53,013 nt of DNA from a virus (lineage: Duplodnaviria; Caudoviricetes): IMG/VR virus record IMGVR_UViG_3300049926_000089, positions 1 to 53,013 of that record; one strand, 5' to 3'. Position 1 is the stretch's first letter, and every line of letters starts with the position of its first letter. The notes under the pieces are model-generated. The model searched no databases. It was not told the DNA's origin and saw nothing but the letters and a program-made list of their open reading frames with translations. The translations under genes were made by a program, and so were the position numbers. This document shows positions 8,793-17,822 of the stretch, one piece after another.

Positions 8793-10201
8793 GCTGCCGC
8801 TCCTGTCGGGGGTTTGCTGCTGGGCGGGGTCGATCCGGGCACCTGGAGCTGAACCGAAACCAAACCTGAGTGGATCAAGAGGTTCATGTCCTGGCCGATC
8901 ACGGCCGCCTTCGCCGATTCGGACGTGAAACCCTCGCGGACCAGCTGGCCGATCGTGCCGGCGTTGATCTGGGTGATCTCGGCGGCGTCCTTGGCGTCCT
9001 CACGCAGGAGCGGCATGTCGGTGGTGTCGAACCACAGCTCGGCGTCTTCCAGGCCGCTGCGCGGGTTCCTCGGCCGGACGAGGATCGACTCGAGCGACGC
9101 GGACAAGTCCTGCATCGACGGGTAGATCCACGAGTCGGCGAAGATGCGGCGGGCCATGCCGAAGTTGCCGGCGTTCAGCGAGGAGCCGGCGAGGCCTTCG
9201 GAGATGCCGAGCAGCGGAGCCGGGACCCGGCCGAGCATCGCGATGCGGGTCTCGCCGGCGCCCTGCGTCGCCTTGAAGTCCATCTGCTTCAGATCCGAGC
9301 CGACGACCGTCGCGTCGGCGCCGGCTGCCAGGTACAGCGTCTTGTAGGCGTTCGCAACGCCGGCGTGGTTCGCTTCCATCATCTCGACGATCTCGGCGAA
9401 CTGTTCCTTCGTCGCCGCCGTGATCCCTTTGACCACCATGTTCGGGGTCGCGCCGTTGTGGAAGAACTGCAGCTTGTGCTCAGTCGCGGCCCGGTCGCCG
9501 CGGATGTCCGCGAGCGCCGCGGTGATCCACGACTGGCCCATGCCCGGGCACTCCGGGTCCGGGATCTGCGACCAGTGCGCGAACTCGTCCGGCAGCAGCG
9601 TGTTCATCTGGCCGCGGCCGACCCCAATGCCGCCGTTCTGGTACACCAGCCCGAGCAGCTCGCCGTCGAGCGCGGTCGCCGCGATCTCGTCCGGGTCCTG
9701 ATGTGACCCGAACAGCAGCCCGCACCAGTCCGGCCGCAGGACCCGAAGCCGGTCCGGGCGGCGCGCCACGAACGCGTTACCGGCCAGCCCCGAATGCCAC
9801 TCCATCGTCGAGACCAGATCCCCGGTCGTCGCCTTCGGCCACGGCCGCTCGAGCAGGCTGAGCTCCCGGTTGCCGAATTGGCGCCGCGGCGTCGTCGACG
9901 ACGGCAGGTTGCGCCACGTGAACCGCATGCCAGACAGCACTAGCGCCCGGACCATCTGCGCCGCGAACGCCGGCGGGCACATCCGCAGCGCCGCCGCATA
10001 GCCGGGCAGCGTCGCAGCGATCTGCTGGATCCTCTGCCCGGACATCGTCTGGTTCAGGCCGAACGGGTAGCTGTTCCCGATCGGGTAGGTCGTGCCGTTG
10101 TAGTTGAACTGCGACGGGATCAGATACTCGGAGATCCACTGGTCGACGCTGTAGCGCTTCTCGTCCTTGCCGCCGCCGGCGATGCGCTCAAGCAGGCCCA
10201 C
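8789..10201 (-). CDS. portal protein
   Basis: Between terL and protease; 'GNAFV', 'FFHNGATP' HK97-portal motifs. Confidence 0.92.
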   Translation of the reverse strand: MGLLERIAGGGKDEKRYSVDQWISEYLIPSQFNYNGTTYPIGNSYPFGLNQTMSGQRIQQIAATLPGYAAALRMCPPAFAAQMVRALVLSGMRFTWRNLPSSTTPRRQFGNRELSLLERPWPKATTGDLVSTMEWHSGLAGNAFVARRPDRLRVLRPDWCGLLFGSHQDPDEIAATALDGELLGLVYQNGGIGVGRGQMNTLLPDEFAHWSQIPDPECPGMGQSWITAALADIRGDRAATEHKLQFFHNGATPNMVVKGITAATKEQFAEIVEMMEANHAGVANAYKTLYLAAGADATVVGSDLKQMDFKATQGAGETRIAMLGRVPAPLLGISEGLAGSSLNAGNFGMARRIFADSWIYPSMQDLSASLESILVRPRNPRSGLEDAELWFDTTDMPLLREDAKDAAEITQINAGTIGQLVREGFTSESAKAAVIGQDMNLLIHSGLVSVQLQVPGSTPPSSKPPTGAAA

Positions 10202-10463
10202 GCCGACCGCCGATCGGCTTACGGCCTTCCTGCCAGCCCAGCCTCACGGCGCGACCGCACCAGCACAGTCCCGGCCAGGCCAGCGCCGCCGCGAACCAGC
10301 CGACCGCGTACAGGACTGCGCCGACAACGGTCGCGGCGCTTCGAAGCGTCTTCGCGACCAGCCAGCCGACTGCGTACAGCAGCCATCCCAGACCGGCCGC
10401 GATGAGACGGCCGGCTTCGCGCCACTGCAGCCGAGCGCCTGGACTCGTCGATAGGACGGCCAT
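10188..10463 (-). CDS. small membrane protein
   Basis: Hydrophobic, internal LYAVGW repeat, AGGAGG RBS. Confidence 0.7.
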   Translation of the reverse strand: MAVLSTSPGARLQWREAGRLIAAGLGWLLYAVGWLVAKTLRSAATVVGAVLYAVGWFAAALAWPGLCWCGRAVRLGWQEGRKPIGGRRGPA

Positions 10464-10498
10464 GCTTTCCTCCTATCGCCGAGTCAGAACAGGCTGGG

Positions 10499-12040
10499 TT
10501 ACCGGTACTCCGCGAAGAACGGCTGCGTCTCTTCGACTTCGAGATTCGCGGCGAGCCAGACGGCCATGACGGTCGCGACGGCGAGGTCGATCTTGCGTGG
10601 GCTTGATTTGTGTTCCTTGTAGATCCGCCAGCCGCGGGAGTCGACCTTCAGCACGGCGTTGCCGATGTGCCGGGCCAGGCCCTGATCACCGGAATGGGTC
10701 AGCGCCCGGTCGACGGCCAGCTCATAGAACCGCTGCGTCGCCGGTGACATGCGCTGCGGAACCTGCGGGAACCGGATGATCGGAAGCCCTTCGGCCTCCA
10801 ACTCGTCGGCGGCGTCCAGCCACAGATACTCGTCCCAGGCGATGCCCTTGACATCCCAGCGCCGGCAGGCGGCACGGACCGCGTCCTTGACCTCAGTGCG
10901 CGGAACCTCCCACTCGTGGGCGTCGCGGGGCTTCTCCCACAAGCCGACCACGTCGACGTGCGGAACGTCGTCCAGCGACACCACGCTGATACAGGTCGCG
11001 TCACCCGAGCGGGAGCCGTCGAAGCCGAGGATCACCGCCGCCCGATCCGGGATGACCCGGGCGGCGTCTATACAGGCGTCCCACACGCCAGCCGGCAGGA
11101 ACGTCTCCGTCGAGGTCACCCACTGGTTGCAGCGTTTGGTCCGGTACTCGTTCTCCGGGGTGCGCAGCACCGCCGCGGCGAAGTCCTCGGCGGCGACGAT
11201 GTCGCCGTACCCGGGGTTGGCCTCGCGCCACGTCTCCGGCAGGCGATGGTCGGCGGTCGGATCCGTCGGCTCCCACCAGCCCATGAAGAACGACGGGTCG
11301 TCGACCTCGCCGGAGCACACCCGCTTGCCATGCTCGTACAGGCTGTAACACAGCGAATCGCCGCCGGAGGAGTCGAACCGGACACCGGCGGTGGTGATGC
11401 CGATCAGCTGCGGCTCCGGCCGGGCGCCCATCGCCAGCGCCATGACATCCCAGAGTTCACGGTTGGGCTGCACGTGGACCTCGTCGAACACGACCAGCGT
11501 CGGATTCAGGCCCTCCTTGGTGTACGCCTCGGCGCTGAGCACCTTGTACACCGATCCGGTCGCCGGGATCTCGATCGCGTCGCGGTAGGTCTTGCAGACG
11601 TCCGCCAATTCGGGTTCGAGTTCGACCATCCGCTTCGCGGTGCCGAACACGATCCGGGCCTGCTCGCGGTCACCGGCGCAGGAGTACACCTCGCCACCGT
11701 CCGGGCCGAGCACCAGCCCGTACAAGCCCAGCCCGGCGCCGAGCGCCGACTTGCCGTTTTTGCGGGCCACCCCGACCAGCGCGGTGCGATGCCGGTAGCG
11801 GCCGTCCGGCCGGCGGGCGAGCAGGTGCGCCATGATCTGCCGCTGCCAGGGGCGCAGCAGGATCGGCTCACCGGAAGCGCCGGCGACGGAGTCCTTAGTG
11901 ATCCGGCACATGTCCTCGATGAACTTCGCCGCGCGTTCGCCGCCGCCCCGGTCGAGGTCGGCCTGCGGCACGCCGGTCAGCCAGCGGGGCGGCCAGCCGT
12001 CAACCCGACTGGCGACGGAGCGCCTCGAGCTTGGAGACAC
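10499..12040 (-). CDS. terL: terminase large subunit
   Basis: LRPWQ, Walker A ARKNGKS, Walker B VVFDEVH, nuclease motifs GFDGS and KIDLAVA. Confidence 0.96.
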   Translation of the reverse strand: MSPSSRRSVASRVDGWPPRWLTGVPQADLDRGGGERAAKFIEDMCRITKDSVAGASGEPILLRPWQRQIMAHLLARRPDGRYRHRTALVGVARKNGKSALGAGLGLYGLVLGPDGGEVYSCAGDREQARIVFGTAKRMVELEPELADVCKTYRDAIEIPATGSVYKVLSAEAYTKEGLNPTLVVFDEVHVQPNRELWDVMALAMGARPEPQLIGITTAGVRFDSSGGDSLCYSLYEHGKRVCSGEVDDPSFFMGWWEPTDPTADHRLPETWREANPGYGDIVAAEDFAAAVLRTPENEYRTKRCNQWVTSTETFLPAGVWDACIDAARVIPDRAAVILGFDGSRSGDATCISVVSLDDVPHVDVVGLWEKPRDAHEWEVPRTEVKDAVRAACRRWDVKGIAWDEYLWLDAADELEAEGLPIIRFPQVPQRMSPATQRFYELAVDRALTHSGDQGLARHIGNAVLKVDSRGWRIYKEHKSSPRKIDLAVATVMAVWLAANLEVEETQPFFAEYR

Positions 12041-12458
12041 GAGTCACCTCCGCCACACCGAGACGGGAACGCGCGGTCGGGTTGAAGCCCAGCTGAGACA
12101 GGGCGTCGTCGAACCGCTTGCCGAGCGCCACCAGCGCCGCAGCGTCCTTCGGGTCCGTGGTGGCCCGGTAGCGGCGCCGGGCGGCAGCGAGATCATCGAC
12201 TGCGCGGCACGCCTCCTCGGCGGCCTGCGAGTCGGTCTTCGGGGAGATCCAGGTGATGCCGTCCTGCCACAACCGGCGCCAGAGGTCCCTGCCGGCCTGG
12301 TCGAGGTCGCCGGGGAAGTCGGGCATCCCCTCGGCCTGGGGCAGGTGCACAATCTCGGCGAGCGACGGAAGCGGGCGACCGCCCGAGTCGGTGTTGGCTG
12401 TGCGGCCGTGACGCCGCTTCACCTCGAGCGGCTGCGGGGGCCTACCTCGGACAGCCAC
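12000..12458 (-). CDS. terS: terminase small subunit
   Basis: GTG start (M)AVRGRPPQP; C-terminal LGFNPTARSRL motif; directly upstream of terL. Confidence 0.88.
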   Translation of the reverse strand: MAVRGRPPQPLEVKRRHGRTANTDSGGRPLPSLAEIVHLPQAEGMPDFPGDLDQAGRDLWRRLWQDGITWISPKTDSQAAEEACRAVDDLAAARRRYRATTDPKDAAALVALGKRFDDALSQLGFNPTARSRLGVAEVTRVSKLEALRRQSG

Positions 12459-12646
12459 AATGATCACCCCCAGTAGTTGCACGCAGAGTAGCGGTCGAAG
12501 GGTTGCTCACAATGCGTAAATGCTGATCATGGGCGAGATCTGAGATCGTGTGCGTGTGGCTGGCCCCGGGGTCCCTTGACCTCCGGTGATCTACGTGTCT
12601 ACCCCCGCCCCCTACCCTACGTAACTTCACCCATCGCAGGGCTATG
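12459..12646. other. candidate cos / packaging-initiation region
   Basis: Non-coding gap between HNH gene and terS, with a C-run (CCCCCGCCCCCTACCC), GGCCCCGGGGTCC and a GAGATC repeat; inferred from HNH-terS-terL layout. Confidence 0.45.
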
Positions 12647-13015
12647 TCACGTTCGGTAAGGATCACGCCTGCCGCGCTCCTGGTTACATCGACGTCCGCA
12701 AGTAGGACAAGGTCGCGTGCCGTGAGCGGGGCGAAGGTTGGCCAGTGTGCTTGCTCCACCATCGGCCTTGGCCACGACGTCATCAGCCTGATCGGCACCA
12801 TCGTGACCACACAGCCAGCAGATGGTGGACCGAGCCAGCACGATGGCGCGATTGGCCACATGCTCAGCGTCGTACCCACGCTGGTGCCGGTTGCCGCGAG
12901 CTGCGTCCCTGTGCTGGTGCCAGGCACTGGCACAGGTGGGGCAGCGTGAATCAGGCCGTGCGGTGAGCCGGCCACACCGCTTGCCGGGTACTCCGAGGCA
13001 GGGCCGCAGAGGCAT
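12647..13015 (-). CDS. terminase-associated HNH endonuclease-like protein
   Basis: RGYDAEH, CWLCG, DDVVAKADGG..NLRPAH..CN; usual DH reads DD; TGATG coupling to upstream gene. Confidence 0.8.
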   Translation of the reverse strand: MPLRPCLGVPGKRCGRLTARPDSRCPTCASAWHQHRDAARGNRHQRGYDAEHVANRAIVLARSTICWLCGHDGADQADDVVAKADGGASTLANLRPAHGTRPCPTCGRRCNQERGRRDPYRT

Positions 13016-13155
13016 CAGCCCAGGTGCGGCAGCAGCAGCGCGGTCAGGGCGATGATCGCTAGCCCCAGCCAGCCGAAGGACACCCGGCTGAAGCCCACCC
13101 CGAACGCGGCCAGCAACAGCAACACGCAAGCGATGACGTACAGCACGAGTTCCAT
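13015..13155 (-). CDS. 46-aa two-TM membrane protein
   Basis: MELVLYVIACVLLLLAAFGVG...; TAATG overlap with the upstream peptidase. Confidence 0.7.
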   Translation of the reverse strand: MELVLYVIACVLLLLAAFGVGFSRVSFGWLGLAIIALTALLLPHLG

Positions 13156-14048
13156 TAGAGGCCCTTCGCCTGCAGCCACGCCTTGCCGGCCACGGCTGTC
13201 CTGTGGTTGTCCCCGATGTGATGCTCTGCCGCCCACGGCTTGAGCACCGCCGCGAACACGGCGTCCACGTCCAGCGGTACAGGCGTGGGCTGCACCGGGA
13301 TCGGATTGGGCTGCCCGGTGAGGGCGGCGAAGTCCTGACCCAGGCCGTACAGGTCGACGCCGGAGAACGTCACCCCGGCATTGTCGGCCATCTCCTGGGT
13401 GATCACGACCCAGGCCTCGTCGGCGTACGCGGCGAGGAACGACCACGCCATCAACTGCTCGGTGCCCCACGTCTTGGTCCTGAGCCAGGCGCTGTCGTAG
13501 CCGGTCGCGATGACGTAATGCCCGCCCTCGAGCGGGCTGCCCTTCACCACCGTCCAGGGCCGGCCGGCGTTGAACTGGTCCATCGCCGACGCGGGGAAGT
13601 TGAAGCCGACACCGACTGCGCCGAACAGGGCGACGGCCTGCCGCAGCGCGGTAACGTCGGTCAGGTCCAGCGACGCGAACATGAGGATCTTGTGCCCGGC
13701 CAGGCCGGTCCTGCGCCACCACGTCATGGCGTCCTGCGTGTACGTGCCCAGGTCGGTGAACGGGTCGTCGGCCCGGAAACCGGTGATCGCCGAGTAGGCG
13801 TTGAGGATGTCCGCGTCGGTGAACAACGCCTCCGCGCCGGTGCTGTGCAGGGTGTACTGGCCGACCTGATGGCCTACGCCCGCTTCGACGCAGCATCCGT
13901 AAAGATCGTTACCGTACAGCGGAAACAGGCCGGCGCCGTAGTCGACGCTCGGCGGGGGTGCCGGCAGCGCCGCGAGGTGTCGGGCGGTGAGGCGCAGCTG
14001 CGGGCGGGCCGGCTGGGCCGGACGTTTCCCACGACGGAAGCTGATCAT
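13155..14048 (-). CDS. papain-like (C1-type) cysteine peptidase
   Basis: 'GNDLYGCCVEA' (Cys) and 'GGHYVIATGYD...TWG' (His) motifs; start MISFRRGKR. Confidence 0.75.
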   Translation of the reverse strand: MISFRRGKRPAQPARPQLRLTARHLAALPAPPPSVDYGAGLFPLYGNDLYGCCVEAGVGHQVGQYTLHSTGAEALFTDADILNAYSAITGFRADDPFTDLGTYTQDAMTWWRRTGLAGHKILMFASLDLTDVTALRQAVALFGAVGVGFNFPASAMDQFNAGRPWTVVKGSPLEGGHYVIATGYDSAWLRTKTWGTEQLMAWSFLAAYADEAWVVITQEMADNAGVTFSGVDLYGLGQDFAALTGQPNPIPVQPTPVPLDVDAVFAAVLKPWAAEHHIGDNHRTAVAGKAWLQAKGL

Positions 14049-14215
14049 CAGTGCACCGCCCACCATCCGAGCGTGGCCAGCCACGCGATCAGCCCGGCGG
14101 GGATGCCGAACGCCAGACCCCACGCCATGTCGACGAGCAGTTCACCCAGGTAGCCGTCGTAGCGGGAGCGGTGGGTTCGGCGGCGGGAGGTGGCCACATC
14201 CCCACCCCCGGACAG

Positions 14216-14249
14216 CAGAAAGCCCGGGCCTGTCGAGCAGGTCCGGGCT
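14216..14249 (-). terminator. intrinsic terminator ending the early operon
   Basis: AGCCCGGACCTG-CTCGA-CAGGCCCGGGCT followed by TTCT on the minus strand. Confidence 0.65.
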
Positions 14250-14277
14250 GTCAAGATCACTGGGTCTGCACCGTCGG

Positions 14278-15210
14278 TCAGTACCCGTCAAGCGGAGACA
14301 TTAGCATGATCACGCTGCTCAAGCGGACGACACTCCTGCTCAGACGGTCCAGGATCTCCCCGAACGAGTACACCGGACCATCCGGAGTCTCCTGCCCGAT
14401 CAGCGGATTCGGCAGATTCTCACGGGTCCACGACTGCACCAGCTTACGAATCCGCTCCCGCTGCAGATCCGGGAACGCCAACACCCCAAACGTCGCCGCC
14501 TCCGACGCCGTCACCAGACGATCCCGGAGCACGTCCAGCAGCGACGCCCTCGACTCCTGCACCTTCCACCGCAAGCTGCAGCGGCACACCACCACCGACG
14601 CCCCACGCCGCGCGTACAGATAACCGCCGCAGTCGCACACCCCGACGAACTCCTGATCGGGGGGCCGGTCCACGATCCGGCGGATCACCGCGCCGGCCGC
14701 CTTCAGCTGGTCGAACGCCTCCGCCGCGAACGGCTGATGCCGCATCCAGTCCAGCTCGCCCAGCAGGTACGCCGCCGCCACCGCGGCCGGATGCTCGCCG
14801 ACGTGCACGTCCGGGATCGGATGACCCCGGTCCGCCTCGACGGCCCGAGCCCAGGTCATCACGTCGTTGAACGCGTACGCGGCCCGGGCCGACGCGTTCA
14901 GGTCCACCGGCAGCGGCTCCGCGCGCAGGGCATTCTTCAGCTGCCGCTCCTTGCTGGCCTGGAACCCGAACACCGTGACGGGCTGGCTGCGGTTCACCTC
15001 GGCCGTCACCTGCTCGTCCTCGTCCGGCTGCGGGGCGCGGCGGCCGTCATGCGTGGCGTACCGGGCCAGGCGCGCCACGTTCGTCTCCACCTCGGCGGCC
15101 AGGTCCACGACGTGCCGCAGATAGTGGGCCGTCTCGTCGGTGCACCGGGGACAGACGTACCCGTCGGTCGGATTGCCGCAGATGTCGCAGACCGGGTCCT
15201 TCATGGTCAC
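14278..15210 (-). CDS. Zn-binding putative transcriptional regulator (possible late activator)
   Basis: CxxC pairs at the N-terminus and internally, HTH-like C-terminus; last early gene before the packaging genes. Confidence 0.6.
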   Translation of the reverse strand: MTMKDPVCDICGNPTDGYVCPRCTDETAHYLRHVVDLAAEVETNVARLARYATHDGRRAPQPDEDEQVTAEVNRSQPVTVFGFQASKERQLKNALRAEPLPVDLNASARAAYAFNDVMTWARAVEADRGHPIPDVHVGEHPAAVAAAYLLGELDWMRHQPFAAEAFDQLKAAGAVIRRIVDRPPDQEFVGVCDCGGYLYARRGASVVVCRCSLRWKVQESRASLLDVLRDRLVTASEAATFGVLAFPDLQRERIRKLVQSWTRENLPNPLIGQETPDGPVYSFGEILDRLSRSVVRLSSVIMLMSPLDGY

Positions 15211-15413
15211 TCCTCATCGCCTTTAGCCGTCATCTCGACGGTGACCACTTCGCGGTAGGTCTTGGTCCACACCAGTTGGTGATCGGCGTCGTACTCGAAG
15301 ACGTGGGCGGCGTGGGCGGTGAGCTGCCACCGGAACCGGGCACCGAGCCGTTCGTCGGTCTCGAGGTTGCCGCGTACCAGGTACTCGACGATGAGGCGCA
15401 TCGGGTAGTTCAT
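15207..15413 (-). CDS. hypothetical protein
   Basis: MNYPMRLIVEY...; 4-nt overlaps on both sides. Confidence 0.65.
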   Translation of the reverse strand: MNYPMRLIVEYLVRGNLETDERLGARFRWQLTAHAAHVFEYDADHQLVWTKTYREVVTVEMTAKGDEE

Positions 15414-15631
15414 GGTTGGACCTCGCGGCCGTTGACCCAGCAGTGGCTCGAGTACTGAGGCTGCAGGTACGGATGGCCATTGATGTAGATCGTCATGAAG
15501 CCCTCGAAACGCGATTCGACGGTGCCGCCTGCCTGGTGGCACCGGTCGTCCCACCGGTTCTGGGCGATGACAGCCCACGTAATGACGCCAGCGAGGGCGA
15601 AGCCCGCGAGGATGCCAAGGAGCCACCTCAT
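15410..15631 (-). CDS. small membrane-anchored protein
   Basis: MRWLLGILAGFALAGVITWAVIA; ATGA coupling. Confidence 0.65.
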   Translation of the reverse strand: MRWLLGILAGFALAGVITWAVIAQNRWDDRCHQAGGTVESRFEGFMTIYINGHPYLQPQYSSHCWVNGREVQP

Positions 15632-15858
15632 CCCGGTCCTCCGTCGAAGTAGCCGTCGGGCGGTACGGACTGCATCCGCACGCCCGCGTTGTTGCCGTCC
15701 ACCGCCATCCACACCCGGCCCATGGCGTCGCGGTGCGCGGTGACCCGGTGCAGCTCGGCGCGCAGCAGCGGATCGTCCAGGGCCTTAACCCGCACCCAGA
15801 TGCCGGTGGCGACCTGCGCCCACAACGCCGGCGGTAACGTCCACACGAACGCCATCAC
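15628..15858 (-). CDS. hypothetical protein
   Basis: Coupled ORF; TTA codon at 15835-15837. Confidence 0.6.
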   Translation of the reverse strand: MMAFVWTLPPALWAQVATGIWVRVKALDDPLLRAELHRVTAHRDAMGRVWMAVDGNNAGVRMQSVPPDGYFDGGPG

Positions 15859-16064
15859 GAACCCCGCTCCGGGCCTGGCTGGCCGTAGAACTGCCGCTCA
15901 GGATGTGGCGTCCACATGGCCCGATCCGGCACGTGCTTCATCCGCCGGTCCCAGCACGGCCTGCCCGGCTGAGCCCCGCACCCGCACGGCCCGTACTCGA
16001 TCCAATGGGTCGGCGGCAGCGTATGCGCGCCGTAGTCACTCGCGGTCTGCCCCGATCGGCTCAT
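15855..16064 (-). CDS. small Zn-finger-like protein
   Basis: CGCGAQPGRPC...HPER motif; ends ERGS. Confidence 0.65.
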   Translation of the reverse strand: MSRSGQTASDYGAHTLPPTHWIEYGPCGCGAQPGRPCWDRRMKHVPDRAMWTPHPERQFYGQPGPERGS

Positions 16065-16360
16065 GATCCGGGCTCGTTCGCAGCCGGACCGATGTCACCG
16101 ATCGCGTGGTCAGCGATCGCGTCGAGAGTGCCCTGGATGCTCACCCATTCGCGCTGTTTCAATGCGTTGGTCACCACCAGCTCGGTGATCTCCCAGTCGC
16201 GCTGCAGGTTGTGCAACACGGTGTAGACGTCGTCGTCGCAGCCCCACGACACGACGGCGTCACCACGGCGCAGCACCCGCCAGTTCGGATCAGAAACGCC
16301 GCACACCTCGCAGCAGCCTGCAGCGCCGACGGTCACGGGTATCTCCTTCTCGGTGGTCAT
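16061..16360 (-). CDS. hypothetical protein
   Basis: Start MTTEKEIPV; CEVC; ends EPGS. Confidence 0.65.
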   Translation of the reverse strand: MTTEKEIPVTVGAAGCCEVCGVSDPNWRVLRRGDAVVSWGCDDDVYTVLHNLQRDWEITELVVTNALKQREWVSIQGTLDAIADHAIGDIGPAANEPGS

Positions 16361-16560
16361 GAACCCGGCTCGCTCGCGGCCGGGCGCTGCGGCAGGAACG
16401 TCAGCACGTAGCCGAAGAACACCGCCGTCGCCGCGTGGGACTGGCAGACGCCGAACACGTCGGCACCCCTGATGATCGTCGCGACCGCCTCGAAGCCGCA
16501 CGGGATACGCCACGGCGTCTTGACCAGGACGGCGCAGGTGACCGGCTGGGCGTGCATCAC
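16357..16560 (-). CDS. hypothetical protein
   Basis: (V)MHAQPVTC...; ends EPGS. Confidence 0.6.
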   Translation of the reverse strand: MMHAQPVTCAVLVKTPWRIPCGFEAVATIIRGADVFGVCQSHAATAVFFGYVLTFLPQRPAASEPGS

Positions 16561-16750
16561 GACCCCGGCTCCGGCGAGCGCTGTTCGACCCTGGTCTCCA
16601 GGCTGCGGCAGCCCCGTTGATCGCATCCTTCGACGCAGCACAAAGGGTTGTTCCCCTCCATGTCGTCGACGTCGTGGAGCAGCATCGAGTGCCCGCAGCG
16701 GCACAGCCTCCACGGGGATGGCAGCACGCCCATCACGACCCCGGCTCCGG
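16555..16750. repeat. exact 20-bp direct repeat CATCACGACCCCGGCTCCGG
   Basis: Copies at 16555-16574 and 16731-16750 flank one gene. Confidence 0.9.
16557..16736 (-). CDS. small Cys-rich protein
   Basis: Absent from the ORF track: (V)MGVLPSPWRLCRCGHSMLLHD...CCVEGC...SPEPGS; exactly fills the gap. Confidence 0.6.
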   Translation of the reverse strand: MMGVLPSPWRLCRCGHSMLLHDVDDMEGNNPLCCVEGCDQRGCRSLETRVEQRSPEPGS

Positions 16751-16984
16751 GGCCCGCGGGACCGCCGGGCGCAGCGGCTGATGCTGCGTCGGCGGATCAC
16801 CCAGCTCCGGCAGGGAGTCGGCGAGCGGGTTGTGCCTGCAGTCGACGAGGTCGCGCAGGACCTCCCACGGCCGCCGGTCCACGCCGAGCAGTTCCCACCT
16901 GTCGGCCTGGGCCAGCACCCGGCGGGCCAGCTCCGGGCCGTGCAACGTCCACGTCACCGCCAGGTCGTCGACCGACTCCATCAC
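16733..16984 (-). CDS. hypothetical protein
   Basis: (V)MESVDDLAVTW...; ends EPGS. Confidence 0.6.
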   Translation of the reverse strand: MMESVDDLAVTWTLHGPELARRVLAQADRWELLGVDRRPWEVLRDLVDCRHNPLADSLPELGDPPTQHQPLRPAVPRAPEPGS

Positions 16985-17355
16985 GCTGTGCCTCCCGGGT
17001 TGGCGAGTTCGAGCAGCACGTCGGCGTGGCACGGCTGGCTGAGCGGGCACCAGCAGCAGAGATCCATCCCGCGGAGGAGCTCGATGGTGCGCGGCTCCAA
17101 AGCCGTAGTGGCCCACAGCCGATACCAGGCAACCGCCTGATCGACATCAGCGCACTTCACAGCACGCAGGTTCTGCGACCCGCACGGCCCTTCCCATGTC
17201 CTCTCGGTCGGCAGCGGGAACGGCAGGAGATCACCGACGAGGTACACCTCTCCGGGCTTGTACGGGTTGCCGTAGTAGCCGGGCCGGCCGACGTAACGCG
17301 CGCTGGTCGGCATGCGCCAACCCGTCGTCCGCTTCCGCTGGATCCGCACGGGCAT
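16981..17355 (-). CDS. DUF4326-family protein
   Basis: RIQRKRTTGWRMP, YVGRPGYYGNPY, LRGMDLCCWCP...CHADVL. Confidence 0.85.
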   Translation of the reverse strand: MPVRIQRKRTTGWRMPTSARYVGRPGYYGNPYKPGEVYLVGDLLPFPLPTERTWEGPCGSQNLRAVKCADVDQAVAWYRLWATTALEPRTIELLRGMDLCCWCPLSQPCHADVLLELANPGGTA

Positions 17356-17822
17356 CAGAAGCCGCCCATCCGAGACGGACCGGCGCTGAAGCCCCTCAGA
17401 GCCAATCTGCGGGCTTGAGGGTCCCCGAGATCCTCCGAGCCGAGCTCGGCGCTCTGTGTGGACGCTGGGGCCGTCAACGGCTCCCCGTAGCCCGCAGCCC
17501 GCAACAACCGAACCAGCTGAGCGGCAGGCATCGTGGCGTACCACTGGCCGGCGTCACCACGGCCGCGGCGCTTGTGCCACACCACGCCGTAGTCGGCGCC
17601 GTCGTTCGCTTGCTCGAGCACCGCCTCGTCCACCCACGCGCCCAGCGCGGTCCGCTCGCAGTTCTTCACCTCGATCACCACCGATGGCACCCCCGCGATG
17701 TCCCCTCGGTCCTTCGCCGACCCGGCCAGTCGCCGTTCGGCGTGCGGGAAGCCGTTGGCGCGCAGATGCTCGACGACGGCCCGTTCGGCGCCGGAGCCCT
17801 TCGCCTTGCTGCGGGAGGTCAC
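17355..17822 (-). CDS. Holliday junction resolvase (Hjc-like PD-(D/E)XK)
   Basis: KAKGSGAER, DRGDI, VIEVKN, VVWHKR. Confidence 0.85.
   Translation of the reverse strand: MTSRSKAKGSGAERAVVEHLRANGFPHAERRLAGSAKDRGDIAGVPSVVIEVKNCERTALGAWVDEAVLEQANDGADYGVVWHKRRGRGDAGQWYATMPAAQLVRLLRAAGYGEPLTAPASTQSAELGSEDLGDPQARRLALRGFSAGPSRMGGF

Noticed and set aside
537-12085. Long + strand ORFs (e.g. 537..1676, 2761..3825, 6451..7854, 10916..12085)
   Set aside because: Antisense shadows of motif-supported minus-strand genes, expected at high GC; Arg/Gly/Pro-biased with no motifs
15855-16750. CRISPR array or integron attC sites
   Set aside because: The spacers are genes of unequal length, the repeats are coding and non-palindromic, and no cas or intI gene is present
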